A DNA stretch of 64,000 bases from an uncultured Planctomycetota bacterium (lineage in GTDB: Bacteria > Planctomycetota > PLA2 > JAEUHO01): the NCBI GenBank assembly GCA_963752285.1, contig CAVVXN010000005.1, positions 1,696,001 to 1,760,000 of the forward strand. Direction: 5' to 3'. Of the stretch, positions 1-9,505 are shown piece after piece. The notes beneath the pieces were generated by a model, which searched no databases, was not told where the DNA came from, and was given only the letters and a program-made list of their open reading frames with translations. Position 1 is the first letter of the stretch. Each line of letters begins with the position of its first letter. Position numbers and translations under genes: made by a program.

Positions 1-5
1 CTTCC

Positions 6-893
6 CTACCCGGCCCGTGTCCGCCGCCAGAGATCGAGGAGGGTCCTCGGCGGGGCCGTCTCCACCCGCTGGCGCGGGTCGAGCCCGACCGAGGAGAGGA
101 GCGCCTCCGCCCCGGTGCGGTCGAGGCCCTCGGAGGCCAGCTCGAGCGCGGCCCGGAGCATCTTCCTGCGGTGCGCGAAGAGCCGGGTCACGAGCTCGCC
201 GAAGGGCCGCTGCTCGTCGGGGCGAAGGGGCGCGTCCTCGAGCGGCGCGAGGCGGAGGACCGCCGAGCGCACGCGCGGCGGCGGCCAGAAGACGTCGGGA
301 CCGAAACGGCGGACCACCTTCCCCCCGGCGACCAGGCCCACGACGACCGACGGCGCGCCGTATTCCGGCTCGCCGGCCCGCGCGAGGAGCTTGGCGGCGA
401 CCTCGGCCTGGAGCATCACGACGAGCTCGTCGGGCGGCGCGGGGACGGCCAGCATCCCGAGGAGGATCGGCGTCCCCGCGCCGTAGGGCAGGTTGCTCAC
501 GACGAGGAGACGCCCCGGCGGGGCCGGCCGGTCCCGGAGCGCCGTGACGAGCCGCGGCGAGAGATCGCGCTTCGAGGCGAGCGCGTCCCCCTCGACGAAC
601 GTGACCCGCGCGGGCCACGTCGCGAGCGAGCGGGTGAGCGCGAGGATCTCCGCGTCGATCTCGAAGCTCGTGACCCGCGCGCCCGTCTCGGCGAGCGCGT
701 GGGTCAGGAGACCCGGCCCCGTCCCGACCTCGACCACGTGGTCCGAGGGGACTACGCCCGCGTCGCGGACGATCGCGTCCACCGCCTGGGGGTCGGTCAG
801 GAAGTGCTGACCGTGGCGGCGCCGCGGCACGAGCCCCGCGGACTCCAGGGCCGCGCGGAGCGCCGTTCGCGTCCGCGGGTACCCGCCGCTCAC
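6..893 (-). CDS. rsmA: 16S rRNA (adenine-N6)-dimethyltransferase
   Basis: GQHFL, VVEVGTGPG SAM motif, VSNLPY, FWPPPRVRSA; GTG start overlaps upstream TGA (GTGA at 890-893). Confidence 0.95.
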   Translation of the reverse strand: MSGGYPRTRTALRAALESAGLVPRRRHGQHFLTDPQAVDAIVRDAGVVPSDHVVEVGTGPGLLTHALAETGARVTSFEIDAEILALTRSLATWPARVTFVEGDALASKRDLSPRLVTALRDRPAPPGRLLVVSNLPYGAGTPILLGMLAVPAPPDELVVMLQAEVAAKLLARAGEPEYGAPSVVVGLVAGGKVVRRFGPDVFWPPPRVRSAVLRLAPLEDAPLRPDEQRPFGELVTRLFAHRRKMLRAALELASEGLDRTGAEALLSSVGLDPRQRVETAPPRTLLDLWRRTRAG

Positions 894-1984
894 CGCCCGG
901 CCCGCCAGCGCCGGAGCGCCGCCCGCCACGCGTCGGGGTCGCGGCCGTGCCGCTCTCCGGTGCGCTCCACCAGGCGCGCGACGGCCTCCGTCCAGACCGC
1001 GGGCTCGCGCGCGCCGAGCGCTTCGAGGACCAGCCGGTCGCCCTCGGGGTCCTCCAGCCGGAAGAGCGCGAGCGCCGCGGCCCAGCGCACCTCGCGCGCC
1101 GGGTCGAGGTGCGCGAGGAGCCGGAGCCGCGGCGCCGCGGCCGCGACCGCCGCCTGGCCGGCGCCGCCCGCGGCCGCGACCCGGACGGAAGGCGTCCCGC
1201 TCCGCAGCAGGCCGAGCAGGACGTCCGCGTGCCCCGAGCGCGCGAGCCCCGTCGTGGCCGTGACGGCCACGCGCGGGTCCTCGTCCGCGGCGAGCCTCGT
1301 CAGGACGGGCACCGGGTGCCGGTCGAGGGCCGCGACGAGCCGCGCGATCGCGGACCGCGCGAACCACGACCGCTCGCCCCCGCCCGCCTCGAACGTGCGC
1401 AGGACCGCCGGGACGTCGTCCGGCTGACCGACCCGGGCGAGCGCGAGCGTGGCGGCCGCGCGGAGCGACCAGTCCGGATCGGGCGCGCCGGGCGTCTCGA
1501 CGAGCCGGAGGAGCACCTCGCGCGCCCGCGCGCCGCCGAGACGCCCGAGCGCGGTGGCGCCCGCGGCGCGCACGGACGCGAGCGCGGAGGTCTCGACGCG
1601 GTCCACGACCACCGGGACGTGGCGCCGGTCGCCGAGGTCCCCCACGGCGAGGAGGAGCGCCGCGAGCGCGCGCGGGTCGTCCTCCGTCTCGAGCCGCAGG
1701 GAGAGGGCCCCCACCGCCCGCCGGTCCCCGCGCGCCGCGAGGGCGAGCGCGGCCGCGCGGCGGACCACGACGACCGGGTCCTCGAGAGCCGTCGCGAGGG
1801 CCACGAGGATCCGGTCGCTCCGCGAGGGCGCGTCGATCCTCGCGAGCGACGCCGCGGCCTCGGCGCGCCCGAGCGGCGCGGGCCCCGCCAGGGCCCGTAG
1901 CGCCTGGTCCACGTCGTCCGCCCGCGCGGGCCGGGCGGCGAGGACGAGGAGGGCGAGCAGGGCGAGCGAGGAGAGGGCCCGCAT
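890..1984 (-). CDS. Exported HEAT-repeat protein
   Basis: N-terminal signal peptide (…ARPARA-DD); repeated VRxAAAxALG helices. Confidence 0.8.
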   Translation of the reverse strand: MRALSSLALLALLVLAARPARADDVDQALRALAGPAPLGRAEAAASLARIDAPSRSDRILVALATALEDPVVVVRRAAALALAARGDRRAVGALSLRLETEDDPRALAALLLAVGDLGDRRHVPVVVDRVETSALASVRAAGATALGRLGGARAREVLLRLVETPGAPDPDWSLRAAATLALARVGQPDDVPAVLRTFEAGGGERSWFARSAIARLVAALDRHPVPVLTRLAADEDPRVAVTATTGLARSGHADVLLGLLRSGTPSVRVAAAGGAGQAAVAAAAPRLRLLAHLDPAREVRWAAALALFRLEDPEGDRLVLEALGAREPAVWTEAVARLVERTGERHGRDPDAWRAALRRWRAGR

Positions 1985-1990
1985 GGGGAG

Positions 1991-1996
1991 AGCGTA
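1991..1996 (-). promoter_or_regulatory. Putative -10 box (TACGCT) 6 nt before ATG; leaderless transcript
   Basis: TANNNT hexamer, no SD before the ATG at 1984. Confidence 0.4.
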
Positions 1997-2021
1997 CTCC
2001 TCCCCGCCGCGGACCCCGTCC

Positions 2022-4319
2022 TCAGGGAACGACCTCGTACGCCTGGCCGCCGAGCACGAACACCACGCGGTCGCCCAGGGCGACGTACTTCAGCACCTTC
2101 TCGCCGTACTGCTTCTCCAGGCTCGCGAGGAGCGCGGTCCACGCGTCGGAGAACGCCTCGACCTTCCGGGTCTCGGCCCGGTGGTCGTACGCCGTGTCCA
2201 CCCAGCGGCCGTCGGCGTCGAGGAGGAAGGTCTTGTCCGCCACGGTCTCGACCCGGGCGCGGACCTCGTCCAGTCCGTCCTCCTTCGACTCGGGCTCCTT
2301 CGCCCCGTCCTTGAGCTTCTGGAGCGCCTTCGAGTCGCGCGCCTCGCGCTCGGCGGGCGCCGCCGGCCGCGGAAGCGCGTCCGTCGGCGCGGCCGAGCCG
2401 CCGGGAGCGGGCGCCCCGGCCGCCCCTCCGAGGAGCCCGAGGTGGAGCCGCTCGAGCACGTCGCCGCCCCGGTCCCGGCCGCCGGTGCCGCCCGCGAGTC
2501 CGAAGCGGGGGATCGCCTCGCCCTCCTCGAGCACGAGACCCGCGGTGTACGGCGTCACGATGCCGTAACGCGTCGCGAGGCGCACGATCTCCGCCACGAG
2601 CTCCTTGTCCTCGCCGTGGAGGCGGATCTCGTCGAGGAGGTAGCCGACCTTGCGGTGCGCCCAGAGCCGCGGCAGGTACGCGGCGCGCTCGCCGCCGGCG
2701 AACGTGCCCTCGTACTCGTGGCGGACCTCCCGGTCCCCGACGCGCCCGCGGAGCGTCACGACGCGGTCGCCGGCGTCGTGGTAGCGACCGAGGACGACGA
2801 CCTGCTCGCCGGCGAAGAGGTCGGGCAGCCGCGAGGGGTACACGTCGTACACGCCCGAGCCGAGGTCGAGCTCGACGTCCGTCAGCACGGGCTCGCTCAC
2901 CTTTCGGAAGAACCGGCTCGTCGCGAGCTCCAGGTCCTCGCCCGGCGTCACGTAGTCGCGGGCCGCGTGCGTGGCCTCGGCGATGCGGTCGAGGAGGCGC
3001 ACGTCCAGGTCGTAGCCGACGCCGAACGTGAACACGCGCACCGGCTGGTCGCCCTTCGTCTCGGCCAGGCGGGCGATGGCGTCCGGGTCGCGCGATCCGA
3101 TGGTCGGCCGGCCGTCGGTCAGGAACACCACGAGGCGGAGCCGGTCGCCCCGGCCCGCGGCCAGGGCGGCCTGGAGGGCACCCTCGATGTTCGTCCCGCC
3201 CGCGGGCTCGAGCTCGTCGATCCAGCGGATCGCCGCCGCCCGGACCTCGGGCGTGGCGTCCACGACGCCGTCGCGGAACGGTCGGACCTGGGTGGCGAAC
3301 GCGATGACGTTCAGGCGGTCCCCGGGGCGGAGCGTGCGGATCCCGTACGCGAGCGCGCGGCGCGCCTGGTCGAGCTTACCGTCCTGAGCCATCGACCCCG
3401 AGGTGTCGAGCACGTACACGACGTCCTTCGGCGCGCGCTCCGCGTCCGTGACGCTCGTCTTGGGCGCGAACACGGCGAGGAACGTGCCGTCCTCGCCGGC
3501 CCCGCGGTTCGAGACGAGCGAGAAGCCGACGTCCTCGGGACTTCGACCGACGTAGAGGAGGAAGTCCTGCTCCTGGCGCCGCCCCGACCGCTCGTAGGAG
3601 ACCTCGGCCTTCCGGTTCCCGTCGCGCACCACGGCGACGTCGTGCGAGGGGGAGTAGATGGCCTTCAAGTCCACGTCGCTCCGTATCTTCACGTCGACGA
3701 GCACGTTGGCGACGGGCTCGGCGTGGAAGCGGTCCGTCGCGAGGGGATAGCGGAACTCGAGCGTGCCCGCGTCCTCCGGCAGGATCTGCTGGAACGAGAG
3801 ACGGATCGTCAGGTCCTGGCGCGGCTCGATCGGGAAGACCCGCGCGCGGAAGAGCCCGCGCCCGACGTACTCGAGGAGACCCGGGTCCCGCCGGCGGTTG
3901 ACGATCTCCTGGTAGATGCGCCGCGCCTCGTCGGCCTCGACGACCTCGCCGGCGACCATCTTCCCGCCCATCGTCATCTGGAACTTCTGGACGGCCGCGC
4001 CCTCGGGCAGCGGGAAGAGGTAGCTCCCCTCGAGTACGCGGTCCGCGTGGCTCCTGAACGTCTGCTCCACCGTCACGTCCGCGACGCGGCCGTCGATGGT
4101 GGCGTGGACGCGGTGGCCTTCGAGCGACACGAGGGGCGTCGCCACCGGCTCGCGGCGCGGCTCGGGCGGGCGCAGGGGCCGCCGGGGCTCGGGCGGGGTC
4201 GGCCCGGGACCGGCATCCGTGACGACGAGCATGCCGCCGGCGCGGGCGGGAGGCGCCGCGACGAGGGCGAGCGACGCGAAAAGGACGAGGACGAGCGAGA
4301 CCTTCGGCGCGGACGGCAT
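2022..4319 (-). CDS. Exported VIT + VWA domain protein (inter-alpha-trypsin-inhibitor-like)
   Basis: Signal peptide; VIT ([21 protein letters not shown]); VWA MIDAS DTSGSM, GGTNI, FLTDG; GGAGG RBS. Confidence 0.9.
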   Translation of the reverse strand: MPSAPKVSLVLVLFASLALVAAPPARAGGMLVVTDAGPGPTPPEPRRPLRPPEPRREPVATPLVSLEGHRVHATIDGRVADVTVEQTFRSHADRVLEGSYLFPLPEGAAVQKFQMTMGGKMVAGEVVEADEARRIYQEIVNRRRDPGLLEYVGRGLFRARVFPIEPRQDLTIRLSFQQILPEDAGTLEFRYPLATDRFHAEPVANVLVDVKIRSDVDLKAIYSPSHDVAVVRDGNRKAEVSYERSGRRQEQDFLLYVGRSPEDVGFSLVSNRGAGEDGTFLAVFAPKTSVTDAERAPKDVVYVLDTSGSMAQDGKLDQARRALAYGIRTLRPGDRLNVIAFATQVRPFRDGVVDATPEVRAAAIRWIDELEPAGGTNIEGALQAALAAGRGDRLRLVVFLTDGRPTIGSRDPDAIARLAETKGDQPVRVFTFGVGYDLDVRLLDRIAEATHAARDYVTPGEDLELATSRFFRKVSEPVLTDVELDLGSGVYDVYPSRLPDLFAGEQVVVLGRYHDAGDRVVTLRGRVGDREVRHEYEGTFAGGERAAYLPRLWAHRKVGYLLDEIRLHGEDKELVAEIVRLATRYGIVTPYTAGLVLEEGEAIPRFGLAGGTGGRDRGGDVLERLHLGLLGGAAGAPAPGGSAAPTDALPRPAAPAEREARDSKALQKLKDGAKEPESKEDGLDEVRARVETVADKTFLLDADGRWVDTAYDHRAETRKVEAFSDAWTALLASLEKQYGEKVLKYVALGDRVVFVLGGQAYEVVP

Positions 4320-4345
4320 GTCGGACCTCCCGGGACCCGTCATTG

Positions 4346-4370
4346 GACGCTCCGGACGCGGGGCGGTTCC
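4346..4370 (-). promoter_or_regulatory. Putative ECF-sigma promoter GGAAC-N16-CGTC upstream of VIT-VWA gene
   Basis: Minus strand ggaac cgccccgcgtccggag cgtc, 16-nt spacer, 26 nt before ATG. Confidence 0.45.
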
Positions 4371-4471
4371 GCGGCCGTCCTACGTCCCCGCCGCGCCCGC
4401 GGCGCCCGCGGCCCCGCGCCGGCCGGGCCTCGCGTCCCGCGGTGCGGGCCGGCGAGCGCTCGGGGTCGGGC

Positions 4472-4499
4472 TTGGCCGGCAGAGGGAGCGGGATACGCT
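4472..4499 (+). promoter_or_regulatory. Putative sigma70 promoter for fhs (TTGGCC-N16-TACGCT)
   Basis: Hexamers read directly; 41 nt before ATG. Confidence 0.4.
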
Positions 4500-4540
4500 G
4501 CCGGACCCGCCCCGAACCTGGCGCGGCCTGGAGATCCGGC

Positions 4541-6280
4541 ATGTCCCGTTCCGACGTCACGTACCCCGAGCCTCGGACCCCGGTGCCCTCGGACCTGGAG
4601 ATCGCCCAGGAGGCGACCGTCCTCCCGATCCTCGACATCGCCAGGAAGGTGGGCCTCACCGCGGACGACCTGGAGCTCTACGGGCGCACGAAGGCGAAGG
4701 TGCACCTCGACGTCGCGGACCGCCTCGCCGACCGGCCCCTCGGCCGGTACGTGGACGTGACCGCGATCACCCCGACCCCCCTCGGGGAGGGGAAGACCAC
4801 GGTGACGGTGGGCCTCTCGCAGGGACTCGGCCGCATCGGCAAGAAGGTCGTGACGTGCATCCGTCAGCCCAGCATGGGCCCCACGTTCGGCATCAAGGGA
4901 GGCGCGGCCGGGGGCGGGTACAGCCAGGTGATCCCGATGGAGGACTTCAACCTCCACCTGACCGGCGACATCCACGCCGTGTCGCTCGCGCACAACCTCC
5001 TCTCGGCGGCGATCGACAACCACATCCACCACGGGAACGCGCTGGGGATCGACCCGTTCTCGATCACGTGGCCCCGCGTCGTGGACCTGAACGACCGCGC
5101 GCTCCGCTCCGTGGTCCTCGGGCTCGGCGGGAAGGCCAACGGACGGCCCCGCGAGAGCGGCTTCGACATCGCGGTCGCCTCCGAGGTGATGGCGATCCTG
5201 GCCCTCTCGACGGACCTCGCGGACCTGAGGGGCCGCCTCGCGCGAATCGTGATCGGCACGACGGGCGACGGCCGACCCGTCACCGCCGAGGACCTGGAGG
5301 TCGCGGGCGCCATGACGGTCCTCCTGAAGGACGCGCTCATGCCGAACCTGCTCCAGACGCTGGAGCACACGCCCGCGTTCGTCCACGCGGGACCGTTCGC
5401 GAACATCGCCCACGGCAACTCGAGCGTGCTGGCCGACCGGATCGCGCTCCGCGTCGGCGAGTTCGTCGTGACGGAGTCGGGCTTCGGGTCCGACATCGGC
5501 ATGGAGAAGTTCATGGACATCAAGTGCCGCGTGAGCGGGCTCGTGCCCGACTGCGTGGTGCTGGTGGCCACGGTGCGCGCGCTCAAGATGCACGGGGGTC
5601 TCGGCAAGGTGGTCGCCGGGAAGCCGCTGCCGCCCGAGCTCCAGTCGGAGAACCTCGAGGCGCTCCAGAAGGGCTCCGTGAACCTCGTGGCCCACATCGA
5701 GAACGCCCGGCTCTTCGGCGTCCCGGTGGTGGTCGCCCTGAACCGGTTCGGGACCGACACGGACGCGGAGCTCGCGCTGCTCGCGAAGATCGCGCGTGAC
5801 GCCGGCGCGGACGACGCCGTCGCGTGCGACGTCTGGGCCCAGGGGGGCGGCGGCGCCGTGGACCTCGCCGAGGCCGTGGACCGGGCGTCGGCGAAGGAGA
5901 AGTCGTTCCGCTTCCTGTACCCGCTCGACGTGAGCATCGAGGAGAAGATCGAGACCATCGCGCGCCGCGTGTACGGCGCGGACGGCATCGACCTCCTGCC
6001 CGAGGCGAAGAAGAAAATCAAGCGCTACACGGACCTCGGCTACGCGAACCTGCCGATCTGCATGGCGAAGACGCACCTGAGCCTCAGCCACGACCCGAAG
6101 CTCAAGGGCCGTCCGAAGGGCTTCGTGCTCCCCATCCGCGACGTGCGCGCGAGCGTCGGCGCGGGATTCCTGTACCCGCTCTGCGGCGACATGATGACGA
6201 TGCCGGGGCTCCCGTCGAAGCCGGCGTTCTCCGGCGTGGACGTGGACCTCGCGACGGGCCGCATCGTCGGTCTCTTCTGA
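4541..6280 (+). CDS. fhs: Formate--tetrahydrofolate ligase
   Basis: [46 protein letters not shown]. Confidence 0.98.
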   Translation: MSRSDVTYPEPRTPVPSDLEIAQEATVLPILDIARKVGLTADDLELYGRTKAKVHLDVADRLADRPLGRYVDVTAITPTPLGEGKTTVTVGLSQGLGRIGKKVVTCIRQPSMGPTFGIKGGAAGGGYSQVIPMEDFNLHLTGDIHAVSLAHNLLSAAIDNHIHHGNALGIDPFSITWPRVVDLNDRALRSVVLGLGGKANGRPRESGFDIAVASEVMAILALSTDLADLRGRLARIVIGTTGDGRPVTAEDLEVAGAMTVLLKDALMPNLLQTLEHTPAFVHAGPFANIAHGNSSVLADRIALRVGEFVVTESGFGSDIGMEKFMDIKCRVSGLVPDCVVLVATVRALKMHGGLGKVVAGKPLPPELQSENLEALQKGSVNLVAHIENARLFGVPVVVALNRFGTDTDAELALLAKIARDAGADDAVACDVWAQGGGGAVDLAEAVDRASAKEKSFRFLYPLDVSIEEKIETIARRVYGADGIDLLPEAKKKIKRYTDLGYANLPICMAKTHLSLSHDPKLKGRPKGFVLPIRDVRASVGAGFLYPLCGDMMTMPGLPSKPAFSGVDVDLATGRIVGLF

Positions 6281-6422
6281 TCGCGGGCCGGCGCGGCCCG
6301 TCACCGCGACCGTGTCCGACCGCTCCGACCGAACGAGGAGCCACGGCGCCCGGCACGTAGCATCGGGCGATCCGACGGATCCGCCCGCGCCCGGTCGGCG
6401 CGAGCGCACGAGGGAGGTCCAC

Positions 6423-7292
6423 ATGAGCGCGCGCATCATCGACGGCACGGCGATCGGGGCCGCGGTCCGCGCCGAGGTCAAGACGGCCGCCGAGAAGCTC
6501 CGTGCGCGCGGCGTCGTTCCGGGGCTCGCGACGGTCCTCGTCGGCGACAACCCCGCCTCGCACAAGTACGTCTCGATGAAGCGAAAGGCCTGCGCGGAGG
6601 CGGGGATCGAGAGCTTCCACAACGAGCTCCCGGCGGACGCCACCGAGGCCTCGGTCCTCGCGCTCGTGCGGCGCCTGGGCGCGGACTCGCGCGTCCACGG
6701 GATCCTGGTGCAGCTCCCCCTCCCGAAGCAGGTGGACGAGGAGACGATCCTCGACGCGGTGCCCCTCGCGAAGGACGTGGACGGCTTCCACCCCCTCAAC
6801 ATCGGGGCCCTCGCGATGAAGGGCCGCGAGCCCGCGTTCGTCCCGTGCACGCCGCACGGCGTGCTGGAGCTGCTCGACCGGAGCGGCACGGAGCTCGAGG
6901 GCGCGAACGCCGTCGTGCTCGGCCGGTCGAACATCGTCGGGATGCCCGTCGCGCTGCTCCTCGTGAAGCGGAACGCCACCGTCACCGTCTGCCACTCGCG
7001 GACGAAGGACCTCGCGGCGGTCGTCCGGAGCGCCGACGTGTTGATCGCCGCGATCGGACGGGCGCACTTCGTGAAGGCCGACTGGGTGAAGCCCGGCGCC
7101 ACCGTGATCGACGTCGGGACGAACGTCGTCCCCGACGCGACCCGAAAGAGCGGCTCGCGACTGGTCGGCGACGTGGACTTCGAGGCCGTGAAGGAGGTCG
7201 CGGGCGCCATCACGCCGGTCCCGGGTGGCGTCGGCCCGATGACGATCGCGATGCTGCTCAAGAACACGATCCGCGCCGCCGAGCGCGCCTGA
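6423..7292 (+). CDS. folD: Methylenetetrahydrofolate dehydrogenase/cyclohydrolase
   Basis: YVSMK, GILVQLPLP, KDVDGFHP, PCTP, GRSNIVG, ITPVPGGVGPMT; GGAGG RBS. Confidence 0.98.
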   Translation: MSARIIDGTAIGAAVRAEVKTAAEKLRARGVVPGLATVLVGDNPASHKYVSMKRKACAEAGIESFHNELPADATEASVLALVRRLGADSRVHGILVQLPLPKQVDEETILDAVPLAKDVDGFHPLNIGALAMKGREPAFVPCTPHGVLELLDRSGTELEGANAVVLGRSNIVGMPVALLLVKRNATVTVCHSRTKDLAAVVRSADVLIAAIGRAHFVKADWVKPGATVIDVGTNVVPDATRKSGSRLVGDVDFEAVKEVAGAITPVPGGVGPMTIAMLLKNTIRAAERA

Positions 7293-7333
7293 CCCGGCGC
7301 GGACGCGCGTCCCGGTCGCCGCTCTCCACGCGC

Positions 7334-8305
7334 TCAGGTGGACGGCGCGGCCGGGCGGCGCTCGGCCGCCCACTGGACGACGTCCCGATACGCGTACGGG
7401 ATCCGGTGGCGATCGTGGATCGCCTTCAGGCGGGCGAGGTAGCGCTCGTACACGTCGTCCGGGGGGCGGACCGGGTACGGCCCGCAGTGGTACGTCCGGC
7501 AGCCGAGCATGCGGGCGTCGCGCGCGTGGCACAGGCGGTCCTTTCCGAACGCCGGGCAGAGACGCGGGTCCTCGTTCGCACGCGCCTCGGGAGCCCGCCG
7601 GAAGAAGCGCTCGGCCTCGAGGGTGGTCACGTAGAGCCGGTGGCCGTACGCGTCGAAGTCGCAACACCGTCCACTCGCCGCGCACGTGAACCCGTAGCGC
7701 GGGAGCTCCGCCTCGAGCTCGCGGTAGAGTCGGTCGAGGTCCTCGAGGGCCGCGTCCCAGTCGGGGCCCGACGTCTCGTCGGCCGCGGTCGCCTGGCGGC
7801 GAAGCAGCGGCTCGGGGTCGCCCGCGGCGAGACGGAGGATTTCGTCCGGCCCGTAGAGATCGCCCCGGTCCACACCCTCGCACCGCTCTCTCGTCTCCTG
7901 CCACGCCTCCGGCCCCCCCAGCGACTCGGGCCAGAAGGGGAACGTCGAGCACCGCACCGGCTTCGCCTCGTACACCGTGCACCGCCGGTCCGCGCCGAGC
8001 ATCACGCAGTCGCCGTTCTCGCCCTCCACCAGGGAGAGACGGCGCCCGACGCGACGGACGTAACGGCGCTCGAAGCGACGTCGCGAGAGCCCCTTCGCCT
8101 CCGCCATCCGCTCGATCTCCGCGGGCTCGACCCACACGTAGCCGGGCGCGCCGGTGCAGCAGGCGCCGCACGCCGTGCAGCGGAAGCGGAGCCCGTTCGC
8201 GAACCACGGCGTGGGCCGCGCGGGGTCCCCGCCGGACCGGGCCCCGGCCGGGGCCGCCGCCGGACCCTCCGTGGATGCCTCGTCCCGGGGCGCGTCGTCG
8301 GCCAT
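7334..8305 (-). CDS. Tandem YkgJ-family (CxxCxxCC) cysteine-cluster protein, two domains
   Basis: FRCTACGACC…CVML…CTVYEAKPVRCSTFPFW and FTCAASGRCC…CPAF…CHARDARMLGCRTYHC. Confidence 0.8.
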   Translation of the reverse strand: MADDAPRDEASTEGPAAAPAGARSGGDPARPTPWFANGLRFRCTACGACCTGAPGYVWVEPAEIERMAEAKGLSRRRFERRYVRRVGRRLSLVEGENGDCVMLGADRRCTVYEAKPVRCSTFPFWPESLGGPEAWQETRERCEGVDRGDLYGPDEILRLAAGDPEPLLRRQATAADETSGPDWDAALEDLDRLYRELEAELPRYGFTCAASGRCCDFDAYGHRLYVTTLEAERFFRRAPEARANEDPRLCPAFGKDRLCHARDARMLGCRTYHCGPYPVRPPDDVYERYLARLKAIHDRHRIPYAYRDVVQWAAERRPAAPST

Positions 8306-8314
8306 CTCGGTGGC

Positions 8315-9502
8315 TCAACGCCAGCGCTTGCGCGTCCGACGGGGCGCGCCGCTCGACGGCGGACGGCGTTCCCCGCCGGCCACGGGCCGGACCGGCTGGA
8401 CGGACGGCGGCGACGGATGGTGCGGCTGCGTGCCCGCGATCGGCGACGAGGGCGGCGTGCCGAGGTCCAGGGGCACGATGCCGTCGGGGAGGTAGCCCTC
8501 CATGGTCCGGATCGCCTCGTCCGCGTTCAAGTAGCGCTCTTCGCGCACCTTCGCGGAGAGCTTCGCGATCAGGAAGTACACCTCCGGCGTGACGCGCCGC
8601 TGCTTGATCTTCTGCGCGTCCACGTTCGACAGGATCTGCTTCGCCATCACCTCGTAGTCGGTCTCGCCGTGGAACGGAACCTCGCCGACCACCATGTGGT
8701 AGAGCGTGATCCCGAGGCTGTAGAGGTCGCTCCGCGCGTCGAGGTCGGCACGACCCCGCGCCTGCTCGGGGGAGAGGTACTCGACCGTGCCCACCGTCGT
8801 GCGGCTCTCCTCGCCGCCCTCGCCGCCCACGCCCTGCTTCCCCACGAGACCGAGGTCGATCAGGCGCGCGAGCCCGGACGCCTCGACCATGATGTTCCCC
8901 GGCTTGATGTCGCGGTGCAGCATGCCGAGCCCGTGGAGGTAGGAGAGCGCGCGCGCCGCCTGGAGCGCGACGGACAGCGCCTCGTCGCTGCGAAGGAACC
9001 CCCGGCGCTCGATCACCTCGAGCACCGTCACGCCGTCCACGAGGTCCATCGAGTAGAAGTGCCATCCGCCCTGGCAGCCCACCTCGTAGCCCGCCACCAC
9101 GTTCTCGTGGTCGAGGGCGGCGTGCAGGTTGGCCTCGCGGTAGAAGCGGTCGCGGTAGTCGGGACGGAGCGCCTGGACCGGGTCGAGCACCTTCACGGCG
9201 ACCGGCGTCCCGTTGGGGAGGTACGTCGCGGCGTAGACGTTCGCCATGCCGCCCTCGCCCACCCACGACTCGAGGCGGTAGTCCGCGAACGGCTGGGCAT
9301 CGAGGGGCGGCGGCGCGTGGAGCGGGGCGAGCGCGCCGGCCGGCAGGTCGCCGCGCTGGTAGAGAACCTCCTCGAGCGTGTGGATCCGGCCCGCCTCGAG
9401 CTGGCGCCCCTGGTCCTCCAGGGCGGCCCGGAGCGTCGTCTCGTCGAGGACGCCGACCCGGAGCAGGCGACGGGCGAGCTCGAGGTCCTGCCGCGTCGCC
9501 AC
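8315..9502 (-). CDS. Cytoplasmic Hanks-type Ser/Thr protein kinase
   Basis: GEGGMA, VAVK, HRDIKPGN, DLG, GTVEYLSPEQ, SDLYSLG; no TM segment. Confidence 0.95.
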   Translation of the reverse strand: MATRQDLELARRLLRVGVLDETTLRAALEDQGRQLEAGRIHTLEEVLYQRGDLPAGALAPLHAPPPLDAQPFADYRLESWVGEGGMANVYAATYLPNGTPVAVKVLDPVQALRPDYRDRFYREANLHAALDHENVVAGYEVGCQGGWHFYSMDLVDGVTVLEVIERRGFLRSDEALSVALQAARALSYLHGLGMLHRDIKPGNIMVEASGLARLIDLGLVGKQGVGGEGGEESRTTVGTVEYLSPEQARGRADLDARSDLYSLGITLYHMVVGEVPFHGETDYEVMAKQILSNVDAQKIKQRRVTPEVYFLIAKLSAKVREERYLNADEAIRTMEGYLPDGIVPLDLGTPPSSPIAGTQPHHPSPPSVQPVRPVAGGERRPPSSGAPRRTRKRWR

Positions 9503-9505
9503 GCG

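Noticed and set aside
6281..6422. Possible ZTP/THF riboswitch between fhs and folD (and upstream of fhs)
   Set aside because: Only generic GC hairpins; conserved ZTP and THF cores not found; -10-like boxes imply short leaders
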